Source: Eledone cirrhosa
Taxonomy: Eukaryota
Reading direction: 5' to 3'
Assembly: GCA_964016885.1 (NCBI GenBank)
Contig: OZ024740.1
Location: forward strand, 125,674,001 to 125,738,000
Length of the DNA: 64,000 bases
Within the stretch, counting starts at the first letter, position 1; each line of letters opens with the position of its first letter. The notes below the pieces were generated by a model, which was not told where the DNA came from, made no database searches, and worked only from the letters and a program-made list of their open reading frames with translations. This document shows, piece by piece, positions 25,191-40,999 of this stretch. Made by a program: the position numbers and the translations under genes.

Positions 25191-25260
<70 letters not shown>
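25026..25260. repeat. Compound (CTT)n-(CT)n-(TA)n microsatellite
   Basis: Direct inspection. Confidence 0.97.
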
Positions 25261-25264
<4 letters not shown>

Positions 25265-25692
25265 CTTAATCTTTAAGTCACAGCTACCTCACTCTCATAC
25301 ATGCATACAGCTATGTTTCTGTATGTACTTGTATGTGTGTGTAAGTAGTTATCTATATATAGATGTATATATCAAAATATATTTTCATTATATTATGAAG
25401 TTCAATATAACACACATTCTATAATTAAACATTGCACACACTATCACTTCTCCTCCCATTCTATTCAGCTCACTAGTAACTCCTCCCACTTGCTGATATC
25501 CATCTACTTCTATCCCACCCCACCACAGACTATTCTTCTACCTCACCTGCATCATACTCTACTCAGCAGGACATTGTACATTATTAGTTTAAAAATTTCA
25601 CCATACATAAATGTCACAGACTCTACTAATCAATCAGCAAGTCCTGATATACACAACCAGGAATTTAATATTATTTTATTTTATCCTCCTCC

Positions 25693-25723
<31 letters not shown>

Positions 25724-26027
25724 CTTCTTCTTCTTCTTCTTGATATTGTTGGTATTGTTGTTGTTGTTATCTGTTGTTTTCCCCCCCTATTATCATTGTT
25801 GTTATTATTATCTTAGTAAATATCGATATTTTGTTTCATATTTCTTGGTTATTTATTATTATTTATATATTTATTTTAATTTATTTAATTGTATTTCTAG
25901 AGTCGTTTTCAAATTTGATTTAGTAAAGTTTCTGAATCAAAGTTTTGAAAGGAAATTACATTAGAAAGTTTCTTGTTTGTTTTTTTTTGTTCAAATCATA
26001 TGCACACATACAAATAGTGTACACACT

Positions 26028-26108
<81 letters not shown>

Positions 26109-26147
26109 ACATATATATATACATACATATATATATATACATATATG

Positions 26148-26212
<65 letters not shown>

Positions 26213-26587
26213 ATGTATATTGGAGGCTGGAAAATAGTTGTGATGCTTCCATAATTGTATAATATTCAAATGGAAATGGCATTTCATTACAATTTGCTGA
26301 TATTTAGGATGTAATCAAGCCAAAAGCAAGAGAACAGAGAAAGAAAGAGTGAGTACATGTTTGAGGCTGAGATATGGATAGATAGGTAGATAGAAAGGGA
26401 GTGGGCGTATAATGTATGGAGATATACTTAAAGTCAGAAAGAGAGAGTGAGAGAGGGTAGTAAATTCCCTGACAATAGAGAAAACCAAACTTATTAAAAT
26501 TGCTTTCAGAAGAAATATAATGTTATGGAGGCAATAACAAATTTAAAGCAATGATATGTGCATATATATATATATATATATAATTAT

Positions 26588-26868
26588 ACTTGGGGAGGGT
26601 CATATTTGTGTAATATTGCCAGAATTAATAATAGAACACACTCAGTGTTTGGTTGGTTTTCGCTTCTCGCTTCTGTGTCTTTTATATCGGTAATCTAACT
26701 TACTCAGTCCTCAATGTTGCCATTGACTGACCAACGGTCAAAAATAATACAGATACAATATAGATACAAACACATATATATAGTTTATCATAAATCTTTC
26801 GTTGCACATCTGCAACACCGTCAGTGGTGCTATATTTTCCTCCTGTTGTATTGTATGTCTACGCCATA
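26588..26868 (-). mobile_element. Solo pLTR fragment of the 8140-11665 PLE family
   Basis: Clear homology to 8140-8420. Confidence 0.9.
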
Positions 26869-26869
26869 G

Positions 26870-27455
26870 AAAATGGAGGAGGGAAGTTATAGAATAGGTA
26901 ATTCGAATTAGAGTAGGAGACAATAAAAAATAATAGAAAGAAATATGAAAAAATATATATATAAAATTAGATAGTGAGAAATGAATAAAAAAACAAAATC
27001 AGTAGGGTCTAGAAACAGCTGCTATGATTAGTAGATGTTGTAATTTTGTATCATTTTTGTTACTAATCCATTTCTACAATTACTAAATTTTTTTCTATTC
27101 TCAACTTATTAACCTGTAATTGTAAGATAGCATTGGTGGAATACGCTTTACTAACTATTTATAGCAGCTATGTTAGATCCCTGAAAAGTTTGCTTTATAT
27201 TTTTTCACTACCCACTTCTACAATTTCTTATTTAGTATTTTCCATTCTCAACTTATTAACCTTTTCTATAGCTTTGGCCGTACAAGCACCACCTACTAAT
27301 TATAGCAGCTGTTTCTAGACCCTACTGTGTTTTTTTTTTTATTCATTTCTCACTATCTAATTTTATATATTTTTTTATATTTCTTTCTATTATTTTTTAT
27401 TGTCTCCTACTCTCATTCGAATTACCTATTCTATAACTTCCTTCCTCCATTTTCT
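26870..27455. repeat. Inverted repeat (~26870-27035 / ~27292-27455)
   Basis: GAAAATGGAGG..AGTAGGGTCTAGAAACAGCTGCTAT versus its reverse complement. Confidence 0.85.
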
Positions 27456-27799
27456 CCAGAACAATTTTTCAACTTTTCATACACTATCCTTAGAATCTGC
27501 TGTATACATATCACTTTCAACGCTTGAGCGGCTCTACTCACTCCCTCATTGTTCTACATGCAAGTTCAGCCACCCCTATGTCCCACCAAATGCCATGATA
27601 GACTTATTTGTATTTACAACAAATTTTGACCAATCCTCTTGACAACTACAATCTTCCCATATAAGGAAGTACCCCTTGACAAGTTCGGCTATTTATTCAC
27701 CAGGCTAAAAATTCTAATTTAGTCCAGAAATAGCCGTCGAAACGGCTTGAGCTCTGCCATCGGGGTCATACTTTTTATCATACTCCTTATGCATATTAA

Positions 27800-28137
27800 T
27801 GCTCAGCCATTAATATGCATAAGGAAAATATATACTTTCAAACGTTCAATCAACTGACCAGAAGGTATACAGTGCTGATGACAGTTAATAAGCTAGAAAC
27901 TAGTTCATCGTTCCTTTGTCAGTGTTGAACAAATAGGGCAGCAATGGTTGCCGAACACTGTACGGCTAATAATTCAGGCTGTTTGTTTACAAAAAAAAAC
28001 GAGCATTATAATAAATGTTTGGTATACCCATACGTACATATATATATATGTGTGCATGTATGTATATATATACATACTACTGTACGTCCGTATACATATA
28101 TGTATCTACGTATACATACTTACATATTTATTTAAGT
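27800..28137 (+). mobile_element. Diverged copy of the 416-bp retrozyme-like family; HHR at 27870-27910
   Basis: CAGTG-CTGATGA-CAGTT-AATA-AGCTA-GAAA-CTAG-TT^CATCG plus flanking homology. Confidence 0.85.
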
Positions 28138-31100
28138 ATTAATTGCCAATAGATAGTTGGTGTGGTTTATGTCAAACAACTATGAACTATGAATTAGTGC
28201 TGGTGCCATGATAAAATGTATCCATTAGATTCTGGAAAGTGGTTGGTATGAGGAAGGACATCATGTCATAATATCAAGAAGGTAGAAGGCTCTTCATCAA
28301 GAAAAAGAAAACTTCTTTTAGTGCTGGTACCTTGATAAACTGTACCCAATACACAATTTAAATGAACTGTAATAATAACAGACACACATATTTGAAGGAG
28401 AGTACAGGCGATTTATTCAACTTATGTAAATGACTAATACTTATTTTATTGATCATCAAATGATGGAAATTAACTTTTTAACTCAAACCATAACTAGTAA
28501 CTATATAATAGAAGGGACTTTATCTACCATGGTAATAATGTTTTTTTTAAAACAAAGGCACAAGGCTGCAGATTTGGGAAAGGATAGGAACAGCCAATTA
28601 CATTGATCTCATTTTCAGTACTTGATTGATATTATATCATATAATACTGAAGCATGAAAGGTAAAATTGATTTTGCTATATCTAAATTCAGAGGAGGTGA
28701 ATTGCAGTATTCGTTTTGGCACTCTACTCTCTGAGTTCAAATCCTGCTAAGATCAACTTTGCCTTTCATTTATTCAAGGTCGATAAAAAAGTACCAGTCT
28801 TGTACTGAAGTTGACTTTTCCTTTATGTCTCTTTCTCACTCCCACTATCTCACTCTCAATCCTTCTCTGGAAAAAATCTGCTATATTCAGGCCTGGATAA
28901 GAGATGGGCACTGCCAGATTTAAAAATGTCATAGAAATGCTGTATATCAATACAATGGCCCTACGACTCTGCCAAGAGTTATGGGACCATGCATGCATAT
29001 TTAAATTCAGAATGAAAAGTACTATTTCAGGATTTTAACTGGTTAATGTATCAATATATAAAGTTACAGTTATGCTAAATAAACCTCGCCAAAGTGTTCA
29101 TTACATCAAATAATAATTGAAAGACCTAAATAGTCTACTCCTTAAACATAAAATAACAAAAGGATTAATTGATTGTATCAAATAATAATTTAATCACTTA
29201 AGCAGTCTACTCATTAGACATTTGGGAACAAAAGAGTTAACTGGTTCTATGAAATATTAAATGAAATACTTAAGTAGTGTGCCTATTAGACATATAACAC
29301 AAGACTTGAGCTTAGTATTTAACTCCAATCCAATCCAGGCTTTTTCACCCCTGTTGTAGGAGCCCCACTCTGGTTGACCTCACCACTATCTGTTTGGCTT
29401 TTGTCATGTCTGGGGAGTAGCCATACTCACCTTGCTTGGCGAATTGTAGGTTGGTGAGATTATTTAACCCATAGTTGTGGTGGATAATAGTGAAGTTATC
29501 CACCACTTTGAGAAGTTTATATTTTCTTTTAACAGCCCTTGTTTTTATTTTGTGCTGCTGGAGTTCCACTTAACCTCCTCACCAGACCCTGGTCAGGTGA
29601 GGAGATGACTTAGTTGTCAGCCAGTTGACCGTGAAACAAATTGTACTGGGTTACATGGTACAAGTAGCCTGACGTCATAACTTAACTAGAATTCTCTTAA
29701 CTAAAGGCATGGTCAAACTTGGCAGGATTTGAACTCAGAATACAATGAGTTATAACTAATTAACACAATGCTTTGTATCTTTTGCTTTACCTATTTGGGT
29801 AGTCACTTAAAATAACAATTTAAAGATTTTTTCATTTTGGGGTCTAGTATAGTCAGCTTAACAAGCATGACAAGTGATCATTATAGTATGTCAAGCATGG
29901 AAGGATGAAAAGCAAAGTCAACCTCAGTTGGATTTGAACTTAGAAAGTAAAGAGAAATTTGGGGAGATGTCAATTAAATTAACTTTAATACTTTACTGGT
30001 ACTTTATTTCATCATCTCAAGAAGATGGAAGGCAAAGTAAAGCTCGGTATGATTTGAACCCCAAATGCTATAATGATTATGCCAAGAAAGGGAATAATTG
30101 ATTAATTAAGTCCAGTACTTGATCATTATTTAGTTCTGTTACCACTGGAAGAATAAAAGGCAAAGTTGACTTCAGCTGGATTTGAAACCAGAATCAGTAG
30201 GGTTGGAACAAACTACAACAAATCATTTTTTCCAATGTTGTACAATTTCTGCCATTCCACCATCCCACAATAACAATGACACCAACACCAACAATAAACA
30301 AACAAAAGAGAAAGCTGAGCCCTAACCATTATAATTGTACTATTTTTCGTGCTTTTACTATTGTCGTTTTCCTTTCGTTTTAAGTTGTTTATTTTTTCAT
30401 TTAAAATTCTTTTAGCACCAGTGTTGTTTATGTAATTACATTTGCTTATTGCTCGTTTATCTATCATTTATTCATTTATTTAGTTCAGTGTATTTTCCAA
30501 GATAAATTTAATAAATATCATTGCAATAAAGTCTCATCTGCTTATTGATTGTTGTTCAACTGACAAAACACTACCAAACACCAATCAATCAACATTAAGG
30601 GTAGCAAAGTGTTTCTTCAGGAGATCTTACTTTTCTCATAATCCCTTAAAAAAACATAAAAGAATTTCAATTAATTTCAGAAAACTTTTGATTAAGATTC
30701 AGTTTTATTTTTATATGAGAAATTATTTAAGTTTATACATGTGCTTACCTTCCCTTGCTCTTATAGACACTCTACTTCATACACACTCACATACATGTAC
30801 ACTTACATGCCATTCATATACTTGTATGTGAATTCATATATACATGTATATGCAGATGCATGCAATCATGTACATAGAATCTGGGATTTGTAGGAGATAG
30901 AAGAGAAGGTGGATTTGACAATGAGATCTATGCATGGCTTAGTTTGACAGTGAGACTAAATACATACGGACATGACTCCATATAATCTCTCTATATATAT
31001 ATGCATATATGTGTTAGTGTTGAAATTTATAATTGGTGGTACATTAATTATTTGAAAATATATATTCCTGTCTCATTAGACATGATACTAATAGAATTGG

Positions 31101-31179
31101 TAAAGTGTCAAAGAAAATCTCTTGCCATATTTGTTCTAATTCTTTACATCACAGGTTCAAATTTTGCTATGATTTTGAT

Positions 31180-31448
31180 TTGATTTGATTTCATTTTACG
31201 TCCACTTTTCCCTGCTTGCAAGGGTGGGATGGGAACTGATTGTGGATTGATTTCTACAGCTGGATGCCCTTCCTAACACCAATCTCATTTACAGTGAGTG
31301 CTGGGTGCTTTTTTGCCGTGGCACCTCCACGACCACTTTGCAGTGGAATGATAGGGACCCCAGTCCCTATCATCTCATTTCTACAGCTGAGTAAACTGGA
31401 TCAATGTGAAATAAAGTGCCTTGCTCAAGGAAACAACACATCGCCCGG
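31180..31448 (-). mobile_element. 5'-truncated SINE, family B
   Basis: Reverse complement of 24160-24425. Confidence 0.8.
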
Positions 31449-32097
31449 TTAACTTTATTTTTTTTATCCAAGAAGAATGAAAAGTAAAGTAGCAGTCTAG
31501 GGTTTTGGATTGACACTATTTGTAGAAACTTGATAAATTTCATTTGAGACATTTCTTTTGGTTCTTTACATTTTGAGCATCAACTATGACCCAATTGTCT
31601 GTATCAAGCTGACAAGTTAGTCTCTTGCAACGAATACCACAAAGAAGGCGAGAGAAACAATACTTTTGTGTTTTCCTACAAACATTTCAATACAAACACG
31701 TAGAACTTTTCAGAGACGCCAGCACCTGTTGGTGCAAGAAAGTAAGACTTGATATACATACATTTGAGATGAGAAATGTAACAGATACACTGACCGGAAC
31801 TGAGCCATGTATCTAATGTGTTGCAGGTAACTGCATTCCAAATTACACTACAGAAGATCTGGCATTGACTTATTCTTAAATTTAGCTACAATAATTTGTT
31901 TGTTATTTTAAATGTACCTTTTGTAAAGGGGTTGGTGTTAAGAACACCAGCTGTAAAACCCATGTCAAAAATGGAATGTACAAACAAGATGTGTTCTTCC
32001 AACTGATCATGAAGGGCAGTAACTCTAAATAAAAATCTACTTGAACCATAAAGACCAATCTAACTCATGCCAGCATGGAAAGAGGATATAGAATAAT

Positions 32098-32262
32098 AAT
32101 TGTTTCTACTTTTGGTACAAGGCCAGCAATTATCTCAGTGCATTGCTGGTACTTTACTTTATCGACCCCGTAAGGATAAAAGGCTTGGTGGGATTTGAAC
32201 TCAGATCATAAAGGACTGTAACTCTGTGCTGCAAAGCATGGCATCCTCTACCGATACTGCCA
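32098..32262 (-). mobile_element. SINE, family A
   Basis: Homology to 18905-19098. Confidence 0.75.
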
Positions 32263-35200
32263 AATAATAATGATAATGATAATGATGTTGACATTTATTT
32301 CAACAAGATAATTTATGAGTCTGGCTATTTTAGTAATATCCTAGTTGATGTTTGTGACAAGGAAATAACTCCAAAATATCTTTTTGGTCAACACCATATC
32401 TGAGCATAATTTCTTTAACCATTTCTTTACCATATTTCAAAGGAAATGCACTGTCTATTATTTACATATTAATAATTTGGAGGGATTTAGTAAAACAATT
32501 ACATTTCCCCTTATTAAGTTGATGTTTAGAACATAACTTAACTAAAGTTTCTTACATAAAATTATGGTAGGTTTTTAGATAAATGTAACACTTTAAAATA
32601 AACAGCTTACTCCCATAGAGCCATGTACACTTTCAGATGTTTTGGAATCAAAAGTGTTCAAAGATATTTGCTGCTTTAGATATGTGTAGCAAAAGAAATG
32701 TTTTTCCACAATGTTTTCCCACTGTCTTTTCCAAAGTATTAACCTGCAACCTCACAGTGATTACAATAGATAAATTTTCCTTGTGAAAGGATTCATGCCA
32801 TTTGTACAAAAGGGGGACATTTTTTAAGGCCATCGGTTTTCTGTAAAGTAAATATCAGTCATTATAAATGCACTTTTGTTTGGCTCTAGCAACAGACTTC
32901 TCTGTCACATTGCCTGTTGACAACATAGTCTGCCACATAACAATTTGCTACTACAACTATTTCTTCTAGCAAAACAATGGCCATCTTACTACCACTTAGT
33001 CACTTTTTAAGGGAACAGTGCAAGGTAAATAAAGTGACTGATCACACAGCACAGATGCCTTATTGAACGCTATAATCATTTGTGAATACTATAATCATTG
33101 ATTGTATTTACGATTCAAAGCAGTCATATTTTCGTTTTGGGAGGGGAAATAAAGCTATATATTAAACCAGAATTATTGTACTTGTCATGTTCAACTTTTC
33201 TCTCACAACAAATAGACTTTGCTTCATATATACTCTATTAATTAATTAGATTAATTAACTGAGCAACTTAGCTATACTGAGATATTAAGAAATTTGCTTC
33301 AGAATCAAAATATTGATAGAATACTAGCTGTATGCATGCCTGTTTGGCTAAGAAGGTTAATTCAGACACATATGGTTATGGATTCAGACCCTCTGGCCAT
33401 GGAAAACCTCCCTTAAATGTCTCCTCCCAACCCATAAACGTATGGGAAAAATAGATTAAAATATTGAGCTGTTTGTTTGATGACATCTTATAAGCCATTC
33501 AGAATACATAAATTTGAAATCCAATCAATTGAAAAATATTAAATAAAGACAAAATGACTAGGCATAGGAGCTATTTAAGTTTGAACCTTCAAACTAACTT
33601 GTTTATAACAAAATATGCCTTACACATGAATAACATTAGAATATTTCAGCTTAGTCATAGCCAAACCAGAGAGGAGTCACATTAAAAGGTTACATAAATG
33701 TTTGTCTTTTTGAAGAAAAGAAGTTGTTTGAGAAAGACAGGTGTGGAATGTACAGAGTGGTTGATGGTCATTATAATAGAAGAGCTGTCAAGTGAAAAGT
33801 AATGAAAAATTGAATTCAGTCCTCAGTTGAATGATGTCCAACTCTTCAGTTGAATGAAGTCCAATAAATGACAAACTCATTCGTCTGTTAAGGTATTTCA
33901 ACCAGAAAATATATATTCTTATACAGATGTAATTCACTTTCTTTTTGGTTGTTATTGTTGTTTCTGAAATCATCCTGTATTAAATAGATCTAAGATCAAA
34001 GGCATTCCAGCTGTGATCATTCCATCATTTTAGGACTATAAAGGACTACACAATCTAATGTGATCTATCATATATACGATGGTAGTGCATGATTAATGGG
34101 AAATTTGAATGGTACTTTTAGCAAAATGAGCCTCCATATAGAAGCTCCCTCCTTGGTTTATTTGCTTTTGCTGAATTATATAGGTAGCTCATCGAATTGA
34201 TATCAAAATCTAGCTATACACCATCTGTTTAGCAGGTAAAAACAATTGGTAAAAATAACCATGTTACCTCTTTAAATTGCTTTTTGTCTCACAAGCATAA
34301 AACAATGATAATGATCATCATTATGACACCCTAATATAAAACAACTTATATTTAAATTATTAAACCTAAATTAATAAACACATGTAAATTTGCAAATACA
34401 GCATGGGAACCTGAATTGCCAACTAGAAATGGCAACTGAGTCTCTCTCAACCCACACCCTACCATCTTAAAAAATATACTATGCACCAATCCAAAATACA
34501 CTATGCATTAAAATCAGGATGGTCATAACTGGAATGATTTAAATCATAAACTTGCTTAAACAGTGCTGACTTCAGGCTAAAAGAATGAAACAACTATATT
34601 TGCTTGAGATTTATATTTTATTTCTTTAGCTATGTCTTATCATCAATGTGTGTATTATTTTTAATGTAACACGGTTAGAAATAGTTTAACACTTTGGTTA
34701 CATATCATATTGCCTATGATTTTCAGAAAATTTAAAAAAATAACAAAAATTTTGAAGGATTTTTGTATTATAACTTTCTCATTATTAAGCTGGTGTTGTA
34801 ATTGAATAGAATTACAATGAAGGGGTTTTATATAAATATAAGCACTTTAACCTTTTGATGGCGGCATTTCGAATGAAATATGCTTTATTTCAATTAATTA
34901 TTGAAAACATTTGAAGAATTTACTAAATATTTGGCTATTTTATTTTTGTGGAAGATTTAAATTTAAATAAGATCCCTTTAAAATAGGCACTTTTTTTTCA
35001 TAGAAACAAATTCAGGTTTTGAAAGAAATGGCATAGTAACATATAACCATGGTTGTTTCCAGGCAGTCTGCTATCAATTTAAATGTTGTTTTCACAGTTG
35101 TTGCTCTTTTACTGCTAGGTTATGGAGGGCTTGTGATCCTTTTCAGAGCTTGTCATTGTTATCCTTAAATCTCAGTTTGTTTAACATTTTTTTCCTTTTG

Positions 35201-36192
35201 TATGTATTCAAGACATATTTTATCATCTCACAACCCCTACCACTACCTCCAATACCATCACTATTAAGACCAGCATCCCACACCCTAATGTTAATATCAC
35301 CACCCACTTTAACATTACTACTACCCTCACATCACCACAAGCAACACCACCTACATCACTATGACAACAAAAACTATCCCCATCACCATTAACACAAACA
35401 CCCCTTTAACATCACCAACACCACTAACACTCTCAACATAGCTACCATTAACACCACCACTACCAACATCATGGCTGCTGCCACTGCCTACATTACCACC
35501 ACTAACACCATTACCATCAGCCATGATGATGACAGCAACACCAAGAAAAATTACTCAGCTGTCTACCAACTTTACCACCACCACCACCACCACCACCACC
35601 ACCATACAAATAAGTAGATCTACTTCTCTTCTATTTACCTTATTTGAGTTTCCAATAACATCAACAGTAGAAGAGACTACAACAATAAAAGTAAACAATA
35701 GCAGTATCAATAATAGTATTAGAAGCATCATCATCAACATCATCATCATCAGTGGCAGCAACAGTAGCAATAACAAAAAGGGACAAAAAAAAAAAAGACA
35801 TCCACTTACACATCCCACCCCATTCATGATTAAAACTTCTTTGAAATATACTGAAAACATGGTTCCATTCTGTCTGCTGCAAGAAATGAGAAATAAACAT
35901 TGAATACAACTTTATATAGATGTCATAATAGTCACCTATTGTTGGACGATCTCTGCCGTAATTGTCTTCATCATTATGAAATAACATTGGCTACACAGAG
36001 CAAGCAAGTTACCTTAGTGGAAGCAGAAGAAACAAAGCTTTTCTATTGCTCAGTTTCTGACGACGTTAAGATAATCTTAAGAAAGGTCAGCATCTTCTCA
36101 ATCAACTCTGTTCAGAATAAACCTCATACACGCTCTGCTCTGCTCTTCTGAATGAATAGACGATTGGAGAAGATCTTTAATTAATTTCTTGC

Positions 36193-36258
<66 letters not shown>

Positions 36259-36389
36259 AAATATATATAAAGAGAGAGAAAGAGAAAGAGAAAGGGAGAG
36301 AGAGTGAAAGGGAAAGAGAGAGATTGAGGAAGATATATTTGTTCTTATATACATACAAATATACACACACACATATATGTGTGTGTATA

Positions 36390-36612
36390 TATATATATAT
36401 GATCATATATATATATATAATTATATGATAATATGATCACATATATATATATATGATCATATATATATAATTATATGTATATATGATAATATGATCACAT
36501 ATATATATATATGATCATATATATATAATTATATGTATATATGATAATATGATCACATATATATATATATATGATCATATATATATATAATTATATGTAT
36601 ATATGGTCACAT
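36390..36612. repeat. ~60-bp AT-rich minisatellite (TGATCA-containing), 3-4 copies
   Basis: Repeated ATGATCATATATATATAATTATATGTATATATGATAATATGATCAC. Confidence 0.85.
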
Positions 36613-37399
36613 ATACAATCACACTCAAATATAAACACATGTATCACTATCTGATATATCAGTATACTGATATCAAACATACATACTCTTAAAAACACAC
36701 ACACATATACATTAAACCAAACCAAACATTATCTTTCTCTTTTTATTTATCTCCTTTATGTTCCTGCATATATATAACAAATACATATATTCTCACGCAT
36801 ATACACATATATGTCATTCAGACACATATGTATGTGCACACATACATATGTTCATATATATAATGTAATATAACATATATTCATATACATATAACAATAT
36901 TGATATATATATATACAGGAGATGGTGGCCTCCATAATAGCTAAAGTCCACAGGCTGAAACTTGTAAATGAATAAAAGAATAATAATAATACAATATTCA
37001 AACACATTCAAATAACATGAACACATACACACACACCCGTGAACACACACACTTATATGTATGTATATATATGTATGTATGTATGTATAATCTGTCTCCC
37101 TTCCTAGCTCTCACATATTCCTATAAAAATAGATACATTGAAACACAAACATAATAACAACCTCTTATAGTGTGAACAATGCATGAATGTTTGACAAGAT
37201 TATCATATCAGCTGCCATGAATTGATATTTGCAAAGTCTAAAGAAGATGAATGATACTAGTGAGCTTCCCAATTATATTACAAACATTTCTAGAACTTTC
37301 AATTTCACTTTTGTGATAAGCCATTCAATGGATTGTTAAATTTTGTCCTGTTACACAAATAAACTTACTTTCACAATTTTGTTATTATTAATCCCCCCA

Positions 37400-37620
37400 A
37401 AAGTGCAGTGGATGGACAGTATCGGTAGAGTGTCAGATATCATGCTTTGTAGCATGAAGTTATGGCACATTAGGTTCTCATCTCAAATCCTGCTGATGTT
37501 TGCTTTGCCTATCATCGTTATGAGGCTGATAACAATGTACCAGTATCACACTGGAGATGGTTTGATCAATCTTCCAATACCCCAAAATTGTTGTGCCTAA
37601 ATCAGAAGCCATTATTAATC
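37400..37620 (+). mobile_element. Old family A SINE
   Basis: CAGTATCGGTAGAGTGTCAGA..TCAAATCCTGCTGA..TTTGCC..GTACCAGT. Confidence 0.6.
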
Positions 37621-39245
37621 CACCAAAATAAATGATTATTAACCCTTTTGTTGCTATATTTTTAATGAAAAACATTGCCTATAATTTTAAATCATTTTGA
37701 AAATATTCAAGAATGTTAAGGGATTTAGTAATATAATTGACTTTCACATTATTAAGCTGGTATTTGGAACAAAAGAATCCTTTAATTGCCATATTTATAA
37801 TGAAAGACATTACATATAATTTTCAACTAATATTCAAACTGATTAATAATTTGGAGGGATTCAGTAATGTAACTAGCTTTCTCATTAAACTAGTGTTTGG
37901 AACATAACTTAATTGACTGTATGGTACGGACCTGCAACATGTGAGGGAATTGTATGTGCGCAGTTGTTCCAGTGCATTTTTAAACTTGTAGAACCCATTT
38001 CCTCTCAAAGTCAGCTTACAGAAGATTTGTTCCAAAGAATCATAGAGGGTGAAAGAAAGGAAGTGAGGAAGAATCAAGCCTGGTACTTTTTTTCATCCTC
38101 AGAGAGATGAAAAGCAATGTTGACCTTGGCAAGATTTGAACTCTGAGAGCTGAACAAAAACTGCATAGCATTTTACCCGATATTTTAATAACTCAATCTT
38201 TTAATTGACTGTACTCATCCCAAATATCTGTGACACTATGCTTTTGTCAGAGATGAATATCATGTCCCTGAAGACTTGATGTTAGAACAAACTTGTGTCA
38301 CATTGCTGACTGCATAATTCATCACTCTCTTTTCTCTTGGAAGACTGCCTATATTAGCTATATTTACATGACAAAACGAAAACCTGGTTGCAAACTAATG
38401 CAGTATAGAATAAGTAGTATCCATAACTTATATGGGCTGCATAAATTCCTCTTGCTTTTAATGAGGTACTGGACAATGAAAGATCTCCACCCAGCTTGGT
38501 TGCAAGCCCGGACATAATTGTGCTCCCAGGCTAGACCTATATCTTCCAGTTCCTCTATGACAGACCTCAACAAGATCTCTACAGATATGCTTTGCATCCT
38601 ATGTCCCTAACCCATAATAGCTTCCATTTGAGTGACCCTCTCACTTGTCTTTTCATGGGCATGTGTAGCATATAGTCAAGTATCTTACACTATCTTATGG
38701 GGATGGTATTCTGTAGATTAATTACACCAGCCCATTCCATGACCTCTTCATTCATTATCTGATCATGCCAAGAAATTATAAGTATGGTTCTAATAAATAT
38801 TTCATCCAATATATTAAACAAAACGTTAACCAAAAAATATAGGTCATTTTATTTCTACATATATGGTCAGTAAATTAAAGAAATATTATTACAGCTAATG
38901 TGTTTGCTTCTGTGATAGTTTACTGTACTTCTATGTAACAATATATGTGAATATATTTCTATTGCTTTTTGAGTTTGTTTGTTGATCTTCTTAAGCTACG
39001 AATTTTATGTTTTGCAAGAATTTGGACATATGTTGTTCACCCAGTATCCAAATAACTGGCTAAATTTGGAAGTCATTGAATAACATTTTTTCTTAGTAAT
39101 TATTGATACAAAAATATTGGAACAGTTTACTTTCAATCACCTACTGAAGTGGATGTACACACACTGAAACAAGCAAGCAAACAAACTAAACACAAAGAGA
39201 GGCATCTAATTTTATTTCCACAACTACCTTATCCATCCATCTGCT

Positions 39246-39350
<105 letters not shown>

Positions 39351-39587
39351 CCCTCTCTCTCATTCTCCCTTTCTCTCTATTCATATATATATATATATAT
39401 AGTAATCATAATAAATACGAAGACTAAAATCCAAAGAGGGCTCGATAAGGATAAATATATATCAAATATATAAGAACCCTAGAGCAAATATTTATTAAAA
39501 TAACAGATTAAAGTTTAAGCAAAGAATCGCTGCTTTCACCCTTAACGGGATCTTCAGAAACTCATTTTAATATATGTATATATATAT

Positions 39588-39719
39588 ATGGGTTTAGACG
39601 GGAATTGTCCCACTTGAGGCAAGATTGGTTGTCTTGCTCGTAGAAAACCTGCCAGACAGTCCTATACGAGCAAGACAACCGATATTGCCTCAAGTGGGAC
39701 AATTCCCATCTAAACCCAT
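39588..39719. repeat. Fold-back hairpin (~57-bp arms) built from a SINE/LINE 3' tail
   Basis: ATGGGTTTAGACGGGAATTGTCCCACTTGAGGCAA..TCGTA and its reverse complement, followed by CATGCTAGCATGGAA..GACGTTAAA(TGA)n. Confidence 0.85.
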
Positions 39720-40999
39720 GCTAGCATGGAAGATAGACGTTAAACAATGATGATGATGATGATGATATACAATCGTATTTTTAAGGAGCAAAATATGAAT
39801 TTTTAATGTATATTACACTAATGTTACCTGCTTCAGTGCAGATTTTTGACAAGGAAAATTAGTCAAACAAGTGGCCTTATAAACTCCTAGACATGAAAAA
39901 ATGTGGACTGCATAGCTTGTGAAACTCGAATTCATAACTGCTGTATGTGTTGAAGCAGTTAATTTTAAGCTAACATACATTTGACATATATATAAATATA
40001 TATAGAAACATAATTCCAGAGAAAATGTATTTGATGATGATATCAAGTGAAAGGCTGCTCAACATTTTGGATCAATATTCTACAAACTAGTCACTTTTCC
40101 CATTATTGATAATGCATCTATCAATTTCCCCATCAATTTCTGTGGATATTATGATTTTTATTAAAATATTTGAAGAACTTGCGTGATGGATTCAAATTCA
40201 TACCTTTCGTGTATATTGCAAATTTTGACTTGAAGGAAATATATGTATCTTGTTTATTATTTATTATATCTGGGATGTTATATTGTTTCGATATTGACAT
40301 GCATAGCATAGTTTTCTAAATTTGTTCCCAATTGTTTGGCCTTCTATTGAATGTAGATCCATTTCAGGAAGTAATTTAACTGAACAGTTAGTCATTATGC
40401 AGAGATAGAAGAAAATAATGGATACATCCACGACCATCTCATCATTTTGTATATCAGAGACTCCAGTGTCCAACATTTCCATGTAAGATGGCATGATTTG
40501 GGGAATGTTTGTTTGTTATTTCTAGTAGTTCAAATTATATTATTGTAGCACTCTCTTGGACTTTGCCATATACTCCATATCCATTCCATGTCTTCCCCTG
40601 CAGTTGGACAGTAAGTTTAATTTCATTTTCTCTAGGTCATATCGAAAGCATATTTTACCCAGAATAGACATAAAGTATAGGTTATACTGGCATGGCTAAT
40701 GTTTAGCTAGGTATGACTGAATGGCTAAAAGGTTTACTTTGTAATTATGTGGTTTTGAGTTTGATGACATTGTACAAAATTTGGGGCCCCAAGTAAACCA
40801 AAGCTTTGTGCTTGAAATATGTTTAAATGCTGAACACTCAGTCTCAGATCAAGTCATTTGCCAATCAAATACAACTCCGAAATTTTCAGTAGTGTCCTGC
40901 AATATATTTAGTTATTGTTGCAGCAGTAAATACATAGATTTGATATAGTAATGAATGTGAGGATATATACAATAATTTCTGGTAAAGAAAAATGTTCCC

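Noticed and set aside
36390-36612. CRISPR-like array
   Set aside because: Simple minisatellite with no unique spacers, no cas genes and a eukaryotic context.
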